From Octopus sinensis (Eukaryota), in NCBI RefSeq assembly GCF_006345805.1, contig NC_042999.1, positions 92,132,001 through 92,196,000 of the forward strand: a DNA stretch of 64,000 nucleotides, written 5' to 3'. A program made the translations under genes and the position numbers. The first letter of the stretch is position 1, and each line of letters starts with the position of its first letter. The notes below the pieces were generated by a model. That model saw only the letters and a program-made list of their open reading frames with translations. It ran no database searches and was not told the origin of the DNA. Of the stretch, positions 40,871 to 53,940 are shown piece after piece.

Positions 40871-42884
40871 TTTATTTAGACATAAGGTCAGCAATTTTGA
40901 AGAAACTCTTAGACTGTTACTTTGATTTATTGACCCCGGAAGGCCGAACTCGGAGGATTTAAACACAGAATGCAAAGAGATGGAACAAATACCACAAAGT
41001 ACTTTCCAGATGCTCTTACAATTCAGCCAAAGCACGTCCTATATTTCTGAAATAAGCAAAAGGTCGCAAATTAAAGGTAAGAAGTTACTCAGTTGCATCG
41101 ATCTCAGTACTTGACTGGTTGTCTATTTTATTGAAGACGGAGTGATTAAAGACGAAGTTGACTACGATGGACATAGAATGCCCTTAGGGAACAGAATATG
41201 CAATACCAACGGTAAAAAGAAAATTAACAATATGAAACGCACCAATACGTATAGCTCAATAAACTGTGTACGGGGATACCGATATTTCGTTTGAGTTATT
41301 AACTTTGAGATACATAGTGTGGCCAAGAGAGTTAGCAGATGCAACAGCAAAACAGCAACATTCACACAGACGTCAAAAAAGTGTAAAAACTATTTTCGAA
41401 AACAGCAGTTTTAGTTGTGTTAGTGAAACGAAAGAAAAAAAATTGGATATGTACAGTACATGCAAAAGAGAGTGGTTTGACAAAATTGTCAGACTATAGA
41501 AAGTCATATATTTGCGCATATTAAAAATAGTGAGAGATTTCAGTTGCTTTCTCAGTGGACGGAATATGCTCTTAATTATGTGTTGCGAGAAGTACTCGCC
41601 GTTTCACGTGGTGAAGTCCTGCTGAACTATATGCCTGATAGTGAGAATAGAGACCACAATGAGAAAGCAGCTGAAACTGTGATACACCAGCCCGTATATT
41701 TGTACTAAATGTACATGTACATGGGCAAAATTAAAGCAAAGGTAGTACTTTGGGGCATCGGCCACAACGCTGACCTCGGGTTTGTTGTTGCCTTTGTATC
41801 GCTATATGAAAAGGTGATCTGTGCAGAGGTCAATAGAGGAGATATATTGTGGTGAGGTTGAGTTAATTTACAAGTTCTAACGATCTTTGAATATCGCAGA
41901 GCTTACCCACATGAAAAAAAAACAGAAACAAAAGACGTGAAACAAATGGTATTGAGCAAAAAGCTAAGTTGTTATTGTTAAAATTGCAAGAAAAGCTTAA
42001 AAGCTGGAAGAGTAGTAGACAATGGAAATCAACATACTTCAATCTTCAGGGTATCATCGGTCACAATTCCAGAAACTGATGTCACCAATCTCACCAACGA
42101 TTGTAGCTCCGAGAGCAACTGGAAAACACGCCTTACTTTCTGTCCCAGAAACGAACGACGTTGAATATCTCCATCGGCTTGTGATGAACTGTCGTGGTGG
42201 TTTGTTTTTTGTTTTTTTTTGGTGGGGGGAGACGAAAAGAGTTAAGCTTCCAGTTGAGACCATCAAATGTAAAATATCCCGAAAAAGACAAATGAACCTA
42301 AGGGTGACCAAAAGTTCAAAGTATTTCCTAAAAGTCTGACTCGCAGAGTCTTCGTCAAACTGCAAATAGAAAACGAACGACTAATAGATGGCCTAACTGA
42401 AGTACAAGAATATTTTGAAAAAGACAGACTGAAAATATGCGTAAACGTGATACCACTAAGTAGAACATGACAGAGACAAGCTGGCTCGAGACAGTAATAT
42501 GATTTTTAATCATTGCTCTACATAAACTACCGAGACGTGAACCCTTTCTTGCTCTTTACCAGCACTCGAATTTTCGGGATGAAAGATTTCCAGTAACTTC
42601 ACAGAATAGAGAAGAGAAGTAATTAGAGTTTTGTAGCGCTCTAATCCAATCAAAGCAAAATGAAATTTTCTGATATCTTGATTAAATATATAGTGTGATC
42701 TTTCATAAACTTTCTTGTTATTCTGTTTCCTTTATTACACTTTTAAGCCACCTGTTGTATAACGTCTGCACTTCGACGACTCATCTTCTCACCCATTCTA
42801 TATAACTTTGTTCATCCTGTTCCATATGTATCATAGTCCTAATCTCTTTAGTATATATATGAGACCTTTGTAGGTGATAAATTA

Positions 42885-42930
42885 TTATCATCATCATCAT
42901 CATCATCATTATTATTATTATTATTATTAT

Positions 42931-42970
<40 letters not shown>

Positions 42971-43075
42971 CTTGTTTTGTAGTGATTGTTTTTGTTGTTT
43001 TCGTCATCGTCATCATCATCATCATCATCGCCACCGCCACCACTACCATCATCAGTATCATCATCATCTCCCCCA
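42885..43075. repeat. Compound trinucleotide microsatellite (ATC)n-(ATT)n-(AGT)n
   Basis: Direct reading. Confidence 0.95.
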
Positions 43076-43405
43076 CTTCGGTAAGTATCACACGTTAACA
43101 AGGAGAGGAAATGTAATTATGCGACGTTCAGGATTTTATTAAGAGTGTTAGCGGCGTAAATGAATGGAATAATTGGCTTCAATTAAGACTCACAATCTAC
43201 TTGTTGCTGATTAATCTTACTAGAAGCTTATGCCTTGTTCTACAGCACTTATCATAATTCAGTATATTTGAAATCTAAAGAGACCTGGAGACAAAGGAAT
43301 TTCAATAGTGATGGACAAATTGCAGAGCTGTGCTTAACTGCATCCGCTTTCTTTTGAGATCAAATCTTGCCGAATTACTAATCTACAACTGAGAATGATT
43401 TAATC

Positions 43406-43768
43406 CAGTGGTTCTCAACCGGAGTCCATATGGCCCCTGAGAGTCCATATAAAGTTTGGGGGGCGGAGAAGAGGGGTCCACGCAACAAAACAGTAAATTG
43501 AAGATACGCAATAGTATTTTAAGTGCCCCTGAAAAAAATGTTTGCTTTAGATATATGTATGGATATATATTGCAAGAAACCGCTACGTTTCTTTCTCTTA
43601 ACATTCTACCTAGTTTAATCTATACAAGTTAATGTGTGAAAAACAAAATAGGAATTTTGAAAGAAGTTTCTATAAAACTAATTTTTAAACATCGAATGGC
43701 TATGGGAGTCCACCAGAATAAAACTGTAATCAAAGGGGTCTATAAGCAACAAATGGCTGAAAACCCTG
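43406..43768. mobile_element. hAT-type MITE
   Basis: CAGTGGTTCTCAACC...GGCTGAAAACCCTG. 8-bp TSD ATTTAATC / ATTTAACC. Confidence 0.8.
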
Positions 43769-44134
43769 ATTTAACCGATGATACCCAGTTCCATAATTTA
43801 AGGCCATGTGACTATTAGAAATCTAGAATTTTAACCTTTCGTCTATTGATTTTTTTGATTTTTTTTGTATTTTGTTAGAGATTTTTCTTTTTTTTTTCTA
43901 AGTATGTATTAAAAGGTAAATGGTGTGTTGTGATATTTATAGCCCTATCGGCAGCATGAGATAATAGTGTCAGTTACGCCAATATTTTAATCTTTATTTA
44001 TCTTTTCCTTTCTTTTATCTTAAAAAAACTGAAAGTCTCTAGTGGAACAGTTAAGTTTCAATATGATTAATTCGATTATTAATAAAACAGTAATATGAGA
44101 TTTTTTCAGAAAATCTGTAGTTAAACGTTGTCAT

Positions 44135-44510
44135 AAACTACCTTCCCGGCCCCAGCAGACAAAATGGAAAAGGTGTTGCCCCGGAGGATGGCGAGGGACA
44201 TGCACTAAAACTGCCACTCTGATTCACGGGGCTCGCACTTGCGGACAGCCATCTGCGCTCCAATAGCAGTGAGCAGGGATAAAGCCCGGGAACTAAGAAC
44301 GTCGGAGGTCTCCACTACCAAAGGCTCGATCATAAACCTGTCGGAGAGCGACCGATACTTAGACTGCTTGCTTTTCTCAGCCTGACAAGCAGCGGAGCCT
44401 GGGCTGGTAGCTGACTGCACCAAGTTGCTTACTACAGAAGGTATCATAGCATGGGGCATCCCAAACGAGGGGACTGCCACCACTTTCATCCTCCCCTTCA
44501 CCCTTATTCT
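44135..44510 (-). mobile_element. CRE-like non-LTR retrotransposon, restriction-like endonuclease C-terminus
   Basis: VWDAPCYDTF / SATSPGSAACQAEKSKQSKY..L...EPLVVET...EPRESEW..MSLAILRGNTFSIL matches the WD.T..DT..PG.AA..AE..K..KY..VET...RGNA pattern. Confidence 0.75.
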
Positions 44511-44723
44511 GTTTTAGGATTAAGCAGTCCGATGTTTACCTAAACATTACAAACTTATTGGGAAGGAATATTTCACCCATACAAGACAGGTAAAGAGAGA
44601 ATGTGAAACCCAGTTGGATTTGAACTCAGGACGTAAAAGGAAGTGAGGAAAACATTTAATTCGTTACGCTAAAGTTACTGCCTGTCACATTATCATCCAC
44701 GTCTCATTTTTAAATCTATCTAT

Positions 44724-45112
44724 CTTTTATCTTTTACTCGTTTCAGTCATTTGACTGCGGCCATGCTGGAGCACCACCTTTAGTCGAGCAAATCGACCCC
44801 GGGACTTATTCTTTGTAAGCCCAGTACTTATTCTATCGGTCTCTTTTGCCGAACCGCTAAGTGACGGGGACATAAACACACCAGCATTAGTTGTCAAGCA
44901 ATGCTAGGGGGACAAACACAGACACACAAACACACATACATATACATATATATACATATATACGACAGGCTTCTTTCAGTTTCCGTCTACCAAATACACT
45001 CACAAGGCATTGGTCGGCCCGGGGCTATAGCAGAAGACACTTGCCAAAGATGCCACGCAGTGGGACTGAACCCAGAACCATGTGGTTGGTTAGCAAGCTA
45101 CTTACCACACAG
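44724..45112 (-). mobile_element. CORE-like SINE (AGGCGCAGG family), near full-length
   Basis: Colinear with 12258-12638, including the tail TTTTACTCGTTTCAGTCATTTGACTGCGGCCATGC. Confidence 0.9.
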
Positions 45113-46537
45113 GAACAACTTCCACAAAACTAAGTTTTTGCTTGTTTACATGAGATTTATTGTTTTTCTCAATGGATCTGCTTTATTATAAAGCTGTCAG
45201 CTAGTCACATCGATGAAAATCATGGAAATCACCAAATGATATCGCATATCCGGCAACTGTTGTCAAAATTTCATTTCTTCTACCGCTGTATCGTTGTTAA
45301 CTAAACCAACATGGCGTTTCACAAGAAACGACAGAATAAAGTAACCAACTAATTAATGACTGTTATTTTGTGAAATCTCTCGTTTTTGGTTTTATATTTA
45401 ACATTATCTTGCTTCCTCGTAATTTCAGATATGTGAAATTCGTGCCAGATTCTATCAGTTTCCAAGCAAAACAATACAATTACAGCATGCTATCGTCAGA
45501 CATGAGAGAATATATAGAAATAACAAAACAGAAGCATACCTTATGAGACTTTATCTGCGTGAGCGTTCTGAAATAATGAATTGGCGATAAAAAAAGAATT
45601 TAGCTTTTTTTTTTCTCTAAACACCCAATTTATCGATTCAAGGGAGCATTATTAAAAACCTCATTTATGTGTGCATATATATACATACATACATACATAC
45701 ATATATATATTGCGTGTGTGTGTGTGTGTGTGTGTGTAGGTATGTATATTTCTGCATTTATTTTTTCTTTCCCTGTTCTTTCTATTGCTATATTTTCTCT
45801 TATAAGGAACAATGAACCATTAGAAACCTAGAAATTCCGTGTACGACAGTATAAATGAAAAAAAAAAAAACAGTCAAGATATGAACGGATTATGTACGTG
45901 TATGTATGCGTGTATGTATGTATGTATGTATGTATGTATGTATGTATGTATGTATGTATGTATGTATGTATGTATGTATGTATGTATGTGTATGTATACA
46001 TGTGTGTGTATGAGTGTTATATACGATCTAAATTTTCAACAATCCAAACCATTCGTTCGACAGATTATTTTGTTTATTCTCTCTCGTTAAACTTACAATA
46101 GACATTGATATACATTTATACTTAGATACAAATGAGTATGTATATGTTTGCAAGCATTATTGCATTGTGTATTTTATATAAATACATGTATATATGGATT
46201 ATGCATTTGCATGTTTATATGTTTGTGCGTGTCCTTATTTCGAGTCCATAACTATTTCTTTTCCATTTTTGTTTCCTGAAAATTACTTGGAAAAAGTTTT
46301 TGAAAATGTATTGCAAATTAGTGAACCATCACAGTTTCTGCAATCTGATATGTGAGGCAGTATTCAAGAGCACGAATACATAAAATCATATATACCTATA
46401 TAGACTTAGCTTGTGATTATGTATGTATGTATGTATGTATGTATGTATGTATGTATGTATGTATGTATGTATGTATGTATGTATGTATGATTGCATGTAT
46501 GTATGTATGTATGTATGTATGATTGTATGTATGTATG

Positions 46538-46883
46538 TGCTGGAGTGCTGAGACCCCTTCGGTCATGACTGACCATGGGATTGCACCTAGAAAGTTACCC
46601 TCCCAGGCACAAGTCCGGGCAAGGTTGTTTATGGAAGATCAGCAGTCGCCCATGCATACCGTCCTACCCTCTCCACGCCACCAGTGCTATCCAAGGGAAA
46701 GGCAAAGGCCGATACAGCTTAGCACCTGTGACGTCGTAACTCATTTCTACAGCTGAGTGAACTGGAGCAACGTGAAATAAAGTGTCTTGCTCAAGAACAC
46801 AACACGCAGCTCGGTTCGGGATTCGAACTCACAACCTCACGATCGGAAGCTCGACTATCTAACCACTGAGCCATGTGCTTTCA
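46538..46883 (-). mobile_element. tRNA-derived SINE (TTCTTGAGCAAGACACTT core family)
   Basis: Minus-strand head GTGAAAGCACATGGCTCAGTGGTTAGA...GAGTTCGAATCCCG (A and B boxes), core GTGTTCTTGAGCAAGACACTTTATTTCACG. Confidence 0.88.
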
Positions 46884-47199
46884 CATGTATGTATATCTAT
46901 ATATATATGCGTACACACACGCGCGCACGCACACATGCATACATACATTATATATATATCGTCAATAGTACATATATCCGAAAAAAAGAAGTACACTCTA
47001 AAGCATTAGAGCAGTAATAATTTTTTTAGGAAATTAAAATTTATGGCCGATCATAGAGTGACTATTGGTTTCGCATCTATAAATCGTTTAACAGTATAGG
47101 TGACACGTGAGACTCAAATGGCTGAAGGCGCATAACTTCTCTACAACTGGAGGAAGAAATACGTAACGATCGGTTGGTTTTGTAAACAGAAAATAACTG

Positions 47200-47745
47200 C
47201 CCGTGCTACGAGCGGGATGGGGTTAACTCCTTACCCCGGCTCCGGCCATGCTGATATTCGAAGGGGCGGTCGTGGAGCTCTTCAACAAATGGTATATTCC
47301 AAGCCTGAAGTGGGAAACGTTTTAGATGCAGGCATTGACTGAATACTCCTTTCTTGGAGTTTAAAAAGGACCCCGGGTCGAACGTGTTTTTTAGGATTCT
47401 TGTTCTCTCAGCCAACCAAAGCTTACTCCGTTTGCTCCTGTTTATATAAGCCCCTAGTTGTCCAATGAGCTTCCATTTAATTAAGTATCGGCTTCCTTCC
47501 TCTTTTAAACGTCATACGTGGCTGCCCAAGGACGTGATGTTGCACCTTTCCAGTATCCTAAAAGAGGACTTGTGGTTGTTCAGATGTTGCTTAAAGGGGG
47601 GCGTAGTTGAACCGATATATTTTTGTGTTTATGTATTGGATGTGCTACCACCGACGATGTTTCTTTCGTTAACTCCGCGTCTGGTGTTGTTTTTGTTACT
47701 GCTGGTGTCCACATTCAGGAATATCAGCACTGGCAGCGACTTCAT
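47200..47745 (-). mobile_element. Penelope-like element GIY-YIG endonuclease 3' end, decayed
   Basis: KYIGSTTPPFKQHLNNHKSSF...SLGSHV*RLK...IKWKLI...LNSKKGVFSQCLH matches the PLE GIY-YIG C-terminal pattern. Confidence 0.8.
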
Positions 47746-47747
47746 CG

Positions 47748-47754
<7 letters not shown>

Positions 47755-47788
<34 letters not shown>

Positions 47789-48250
47789 GAGTGAGAGAGT
47801 AGCACATACCATCAAAGCAACACTGGGGTAAAAAAAAAATGATAAAAGTACACCAGGCAGATGCCGTTAAAACCTCATGTGCTCGACGTGGTGACCTCGT
47901 ATCAAGATAAACAGGGCATGAACTTGCAAGTGGGAGACAAAATTTTCTTTAGGTCGAGTAGCCCATCGCGCTCAAAAGGTCCCTGAATAAGGATTGTTTA
48001 AGGATGATGAACAAAACACCCCTATTTCCAGGGGTGAATTATTCAATTGAATTAATTGAATTAATCAAACTGCAAACGATCCCTCTGAACAAATGGCTAT
48101 CAAGCTCCCCCACTACTACTGCTCGCGATCAGAGATGCACATATCGAATTGAGCAGAATATTTGCAGTAGCCCAAGAGCAAACATGTATGAGCTAATACT
48201 TCCAATCAGTTAAGATCAGTAGCCATGAAAGCAACGGCCTGATACTGCAT
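47755..48250 (-). mobile_element. Non-LTR retroelement 3' UTR-like repeat with (AAT)n tail
   Basis: Starts after an (ATT)n run with GAGTGAGAGAG...CACTGGGGTAAAA...GTAGCCCATCGCGCTCAAAAGGTCCCTGAATAAGG. Resembles a recalled octopus interspersed repeat. No coding motif seen. Confidence 0.5.
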
Positions 48251-48311
48251 TAATGTTTGGTTTTTATTATTATTGTTGTTGTTGTTGCTGTTGTTGTTGT
48301 TGTTGTTGTTG

Positions 48312-48357
<46 letters not shown>

Positions 48358-48382
48358 CATTATTATTATCTTATTATTATCA

Positions 48383-48598
48383 TTAGGCGGCAAGCTGTCG
48401 GAATCGTAAACACGCCGGAAAGAATGCTTCGTGGCATTTCTTCCGACTTTACGTTCTTAGTTCAAATTTCTCCGAGGTTGTCTTTGGCCTTCATCCTTTC
48501 ACTATATATGATACAAATACCAGTTGATTACAAATACCAATCGATTACTCCCCACCACTAAAATTTCAGGCCCTGAGGCTTGAATAGAAAGATTATTA
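48383..48598 (+). mobile_element. tRNA-derived SINE (GGCGGCGAGCTGG family), degenerate
   Basis: TAGGCGGCAAGCTGTCGGAATCG head, GAGGTTGTCTTTGGCCTTCATCCTTTC core, AAATTTCAGGCC tail. Confidence 0.75.
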
Positions 48599-48851
48599 TT
48601 ATTTTTGTTGATGTTGTTGCTGTCGTCGCTGTCGATGTTGTAGTAGTACGTATCTAATAGACATACGCATATATCTCTATAACTACTTAGATTACTTTCT
48701 GCTTAATTTGGTGCTTTTAATGAACACTTATACCTGAAGCTCTATAAAATTTTGTATTACCATATGTCTATACGTATATATATATGTTTGAGGGTGTTTG
48801 TATATGTGTTTGTCTGTGGTGTATATTGTGCATATCAACATAAACAGATGT

Positions 48852-48904
<53 letters not shown>

Positions 48905-49635
48905 TATGTATGCATGCATGTATGTATGTATGCATGAGTATATATAATATACATATATATATGCATACACACACAAACACAGAAAAAGATGCGCGCACAC
49001 ACACACACGGTCTACGCATGTATTAGTGCGACAGATGTTTACATGATTTAACATTATCAGAATCAAATCAAAAGTTATTAAAGTTATTATATACGTACAC
49101 ACGTATGCTTGTCCATAAACACACATGCACATACATATATACACACACATACATACATACATACATACATACATACATACATACATACATACATACATAC
49201 ATACATACATACAAACATACATACATACACACAAACACGCGCGCGCATATATATATATAATTGGGAATAATCAAAGCTACCTCTTTTTTTATATATATTA
49301 CAGCTGTGTGTTCTCAAATTAAAATCAAAGTTCAATTATTTTATTTACATCACGTATAATTTACATTTCACTACGAAATGTAAAGTTACACCCAAATGCT
49401 AACAACTAGCAAAGAAATTACATCTCTCTTGAGATGGAACTTTTTTTCTCTTTTCTTTTCATTTTTCAGTTTTCAGAGTAGACTCAACATGCTGCTAGTG
49501 TTTACTGTACTGCTCTCTGTCTAGTCATGTAACACTGCACATTACAGCTGTTTCCTTTTAGCTACACTTTATTCACTCCGCTCATTTGAGCCCCGCCATT
49601 CATGTACATAATATTACATATCAAGCGGAATACGC

Positions 49636-50590
49636 TTACTTTGATACTTTGATAGGTTTCGGCCATTATTGGCCCAGGCCATGTCTAACTTAATAGCACC
49701 ACCTTACTTCATTTATTTCTCTGCTTTTGTAGCTCTTCCACATCCCATTGCCCATATTTTGCTACCATGCAATATCACGTTCGTAAGTATTATATAATCT
49801 GCCTTTTTTACTCGGAAAGGTAATCCTTTTGATGCCAACACAAGTAATAGTTCTCAATAGTTCTCTGACCTTTTTCCATCCGCTCTTTCCTGGCTACTTC
49901 CCAGAAGCTGCCAACTAATTCATTCGAACGAATTTATTTCATTACTAATCTTATTCATTACTTCTCTTCTGTTCTCCGCAACGTACAGAATCTTTCTTCT
50001 CTACCATCTTACTTATACCTTAAATGCCTCTCTTGTGCAACCATAGCTAACCTTAGGTAACTTTTCTGCATATCGTGTATGGCCACTTCTCAGAGGCACT
50101 AACTTCTGCATTTATTCTTGCTAACTAAGACTTTGTCTTTTCTAGATTTAGCCCTCTAAATTCTAGGTTCTGCTTCCATATTTGATCCATTTTTACTCAA
50201 GTTGTTGACTGATTCAGCTACAAAATCTACGTCAGATGCTTATAGGAGTGCACGAGTTCTCACATAGAAAGTGTTTTTAACTCTTCTGCTATGGCACTGC
50301 TATGGTTCATGAACGATGATTCACTCCTAAAAACATGCTAAATTCTTTACTGAGCTCATTCTTAATTCTCACCTAAAAGATAGTGCCACTATACATGCCT
50401 GCTATACTCTCACAAGCCATTTATCTGCATTCAGTTTCTTAGCGACCATCAACTTACAACAGATCTAGGCATCTTATCAAAGGAATTTTCTAGTACAATG
50501 AATGTTAGGTTTATAAATCTTCTTGAATATGAATGTCTGAAACTGTCTCACAAATAACAGAGCATCCCGCGTACTCATCCTAGAGTTCTT
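49636..50590 (-). mobile_element. RTE-clade LINE 3' half, decayed
   Basis: DALLFVRQ, LL*ASDVDFVAES (LLYADDL.L.AES) and KKGRLYNT motifs. The 3' end has a GGCCA-ATAA-TGGCC stem-loop and a short ATCAAAGT repeat tail. Confidence 0.7.
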
Positions 50591-50917
50591 TAAACAAGTT
50601 CTCTTTTTAAATGACTACTACTTTCATAATTTAATCCACTAGTTTAATACATTTGTAATTGCCTGTTTGTAGAGTATTGGTTTGGCACTTTTACCAGTTG
50701 ACCATGATACTATCGCCGTAGAAAATAGCTTCCTATACCACCCTAACCTTGGTGACTATTCGAATGGCGAACAGGCGTCCAACTTCCACCATTTTCAGCA
50801 ACTCCGAGACAATCTCTCATCTATTTTTAATGTCTTTAAATTCTTCATGAACCATTTCAGCATACACATATCAACTCCAACAACAGATACTTCCGCTGAA
50901 TCTGTTCTAGTAGTCAC

Positions 50918-50975
<58 letters not shown>

Positions 50976-51451
50976 TTTGATTCAGTAAGTACTCGAAGTA
51001 GCATTCCCATGCCTCTTTCGTCTTAATATTGAATAGCGCGCCAATATCATTCCTTACACGCACACACACATACACACACATATTTTTGTATGTGCATGTG
51101 TGTGTGTGTCTGTCTGTGTGTGTGTGTGTATGAATTTATTGTACATTTCTATGGACACAATTCACAGGATTCAAAACTCACTCCAGGTTAAATGTATTTA
51201 AGTATGCAATACAGGAGTCATACACATAACACATTGTAGTAATTGCTTGACTAATTCTTTTCACAGGAAGGTAATTAAGACTGGAACACAATTATTTACA
51301 TATAATAGGTATTAGCAGGAGTTTTATTTATGCTGAACTCAAAAACTAGAAATTCTGTCAATGATATTAACCCGAATTTAAATTTAACTTTATTTAGAGT
51401 ATGTAGTATCAAATGTTTCTCAACATCTTATTATAACCGATTCCACTATCA

Positions 51452-51675
51452 TTTACTCTTTATCTATTTTACTTGTTTCTGTCACTAAACTGCGGCCATG
51501 CTGGGACATTGCCTTGAAGAATTTTTACCCCAATACTTATATTTTTAAGCCAGGTACTTATAAACTCACCAGCACCGGTTTTCAAGCGGTAATGGTGGGA
51601 CAAACACAGACACAAGGACACACAAACATAGAAACACACACACATACACACGCACGCACCACACACACACACACA

Positions 51676-51744
<69 letters not shown>

Positions 51745-51902
51745 GACGGTCTCCTTTCAGTTTCCATCTACCGCTCATAAGGCTTTGTTCGGCCCGAGGT
51801 TATAGCAGAAGACACTTGCCCAAGGTGCTACGCAGTGGCTCTGAACCAGAAACAATGTGGTTGTGTAGGAATCTTCTTACCACACAGCCATGCTTGCGCC
51901 TA
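51452..51902 (-). mobile_element. CORE-like SINE (AGGCGCAGG family) with expanded internal (CA)n
   Basis: Colinear with the 12258 and 44724 copies. Confidence 0.88.
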
Positions 51903-52309
51903 TTGGTGACTTGGGACGAAATGTTCCAAGGAATAAGAGTTGTCAATCTCAACTCTGTTACTGTGTACATCAAACGATTATATAAAAAACAGAACGTGAA
52001 TTGGTTAAAATAGGGTCCACAAGCTTCAGCCTGCTGGAGCCTATAAGATGGTAGTTAAAGGAAAAATCCAGTTATTTCACAACAGTCATAAATTGTGAAA
52101 AACATATTAGCTGTTTGTTAATACCGGAAAATTGTTATAAAACATAAAAGTACTTCTAATATGGTAAAATTGTAATACAAAAATATAATGTAAAGTTCGG
52201 ACTATGCTGGAATTTAATGAATACACAATATATGTGGGCGTGTGTATGTGTGTGTACATACACATATAAATACATACGTATACAAACAAACATGTGTGTG
52301 TGCGCGTGT

Positions 52310-52560
52310 GAGAATGCATGACCTAGTGGTTAGGGAGATCGTGGTTTCAATTCCTAGACCGAGAGGTGCGTTGTGTTCTTGAGCAAAATACTTCATCCCA
52401 TGTTGCTCTACGATCACTTTGACTCCTGACGCGTCGTACATCATGCACCTGTTCACATCGAGTTGATGAAGGGAGTGAGCTAATGTATAACAAATTTGAT
52501 CACTATAAACACATCATTTGTGCAGGTCGGACGGCAAAAGCTGAACACTCAAACGTCGTC
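52310..52560 (+). mobile_element. tRNA-derived SINE (TTCTTGAGCAA core family)
   Basis: GCATGACCTAGTGGTTAGGG..GGTTTCAATTCC..GTGTTCTTGAGCAAAATACTTCAT. Confidence 0.75.
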
Positions 52561-53047
52561 TTCGATGGAATAGCCAATCGTATGTGTATGTATGCCCATC
52601 GTATGTGTATGTATGTATATGTATGTATATAGATATATAGGTAGCTATTCAGAGTTCTGACATGGCAGTTGGCAAGCGACTTCATCTAAGACAGTGAGTT
52701 GACTCAGCAACTGTTACATCTTAGATGACTTATGCTAGATTAAAAAAAAATATTACATTCATATTCATTTATTTCTTAATAGTATTCTATAATTCTATAT
52801 AAAGTTATTTGGTATTGAAAGCATGACTCTATTCTGTAATCATGATCTTTTTATTTGGTGCTTGTTTTATTTATTTATTTTTTTTTTTTGCATTTTGCAT
52901 GACCTCCCCACGCGAAAATACGAAGACGAAAAAAACTTGATAAAAAAGATAAACTAGCAGACAGTTGTGTTTCCAATACACGTTTAAAAGAAAAGTTGTA
53001 ACCATGTGTATACGAACGTGTATGTGAGTGCATGTGTATATATGCAC

Positions 53048-53087
<40 letters not shown>

Positions 53088-53561
53088 CACATATATATGC
53101 ATATACATGTGAATCTCTTTCTCTCTCCCCTATATATATATGTATAAATATATGCATATGTGTGTGTGTGTGTATATATATATAGAGAGAGAGATAGAGA
53201 TATAATTGTATACATAGATATATCTATGCACGCACACACACACATACAAACACAAAAACTCACATACACACACAGATACACACACACATATATATGAACT
53301 GAGAAAATACGTGTGCGTATGTGGTTTTTAAAATTTATGCGTATATGTATGCGTGATTTATAAGGTTCTCAAGAACACATCAGAATACATTTCAATTCGT
53401 TTAAAGTAAGTATATACAACGCACAAAAAGTGTGAAAGAAAAATCACAATTTTTTTAATATATTTCTCGGAGCGACATGTCAAATGTGAAGAAATATAAT
53501 GGAATGAGCAAACTTTGATACACCAAAGAAAGGAAATATATTTAATCCTTACCTGACTTAC

Positions 53562-53594
53562 CATTTCTGTGACAGACATTGTACCTAAGATCAT
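53562..53594 (-). CDS. Candidate first coding exon (MILGT-MSVTEM), gene unknown
   Basis: ACAATG context and donor ATG|GTAAGT, with a second donor CAG|GTAAGG 9 nt further on. CCAAT motif about 40 nt upstream of the first ATG. Confidence 0.25.
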
Positions 53595-53940
53595 TCACTT
53601 CATCAGTGAACATATAACAGTTGGACACGCGTGATTGGATATATAAGCGAGCAAACAAACGAATATCGCCCTTTAAGGCGGCAGTGAATATTCTAAAACG
53701 TGCTCAATATGGGAGAAAATTCTTAGAAGCAATTTCGATGTAGCAATAACTCAAAAGAACCCAACGGACTGCAAATCAACTCAGCTGTCCTTTTCTCTCT
53801 CCCACCTGTCTTCCTCTCCCTCCCTTTCTCTTTTTTCTCTGTGTATATAATACATACAGTTGCAATTTACAAAAAGCAAAAGAGAGGTGCATAAACAACA
53901 AACAGGTGTATTAGTTTGATATACGGGGAGGTGAGAAAGT

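Noticed and set aside
46790-46883. tRNA-like A and B boxes (also at SINE heads 4367, 4920, 12600, 14159)
   Set aside because: They continue into SINE core and tail sequence and lack a full cloverleaf, so they are not tRNA genes.
49476-49530. Strong plus-strand acceptor followed by SRLNMLLVFTVLLSV* (GPI-signal-like)
   Set aside because: Too short, with no linked upstream exon; it could be chance next to a polypyrimidine tract.
49660-49690. GGCCA-ATAA-TGGCC-GAAAC on the minus strand as a hammerhead
   Set aside because: It has no CUGANGA and sits at the RTE 3' end, so it is better explained as the LINE terminal stem-loop.
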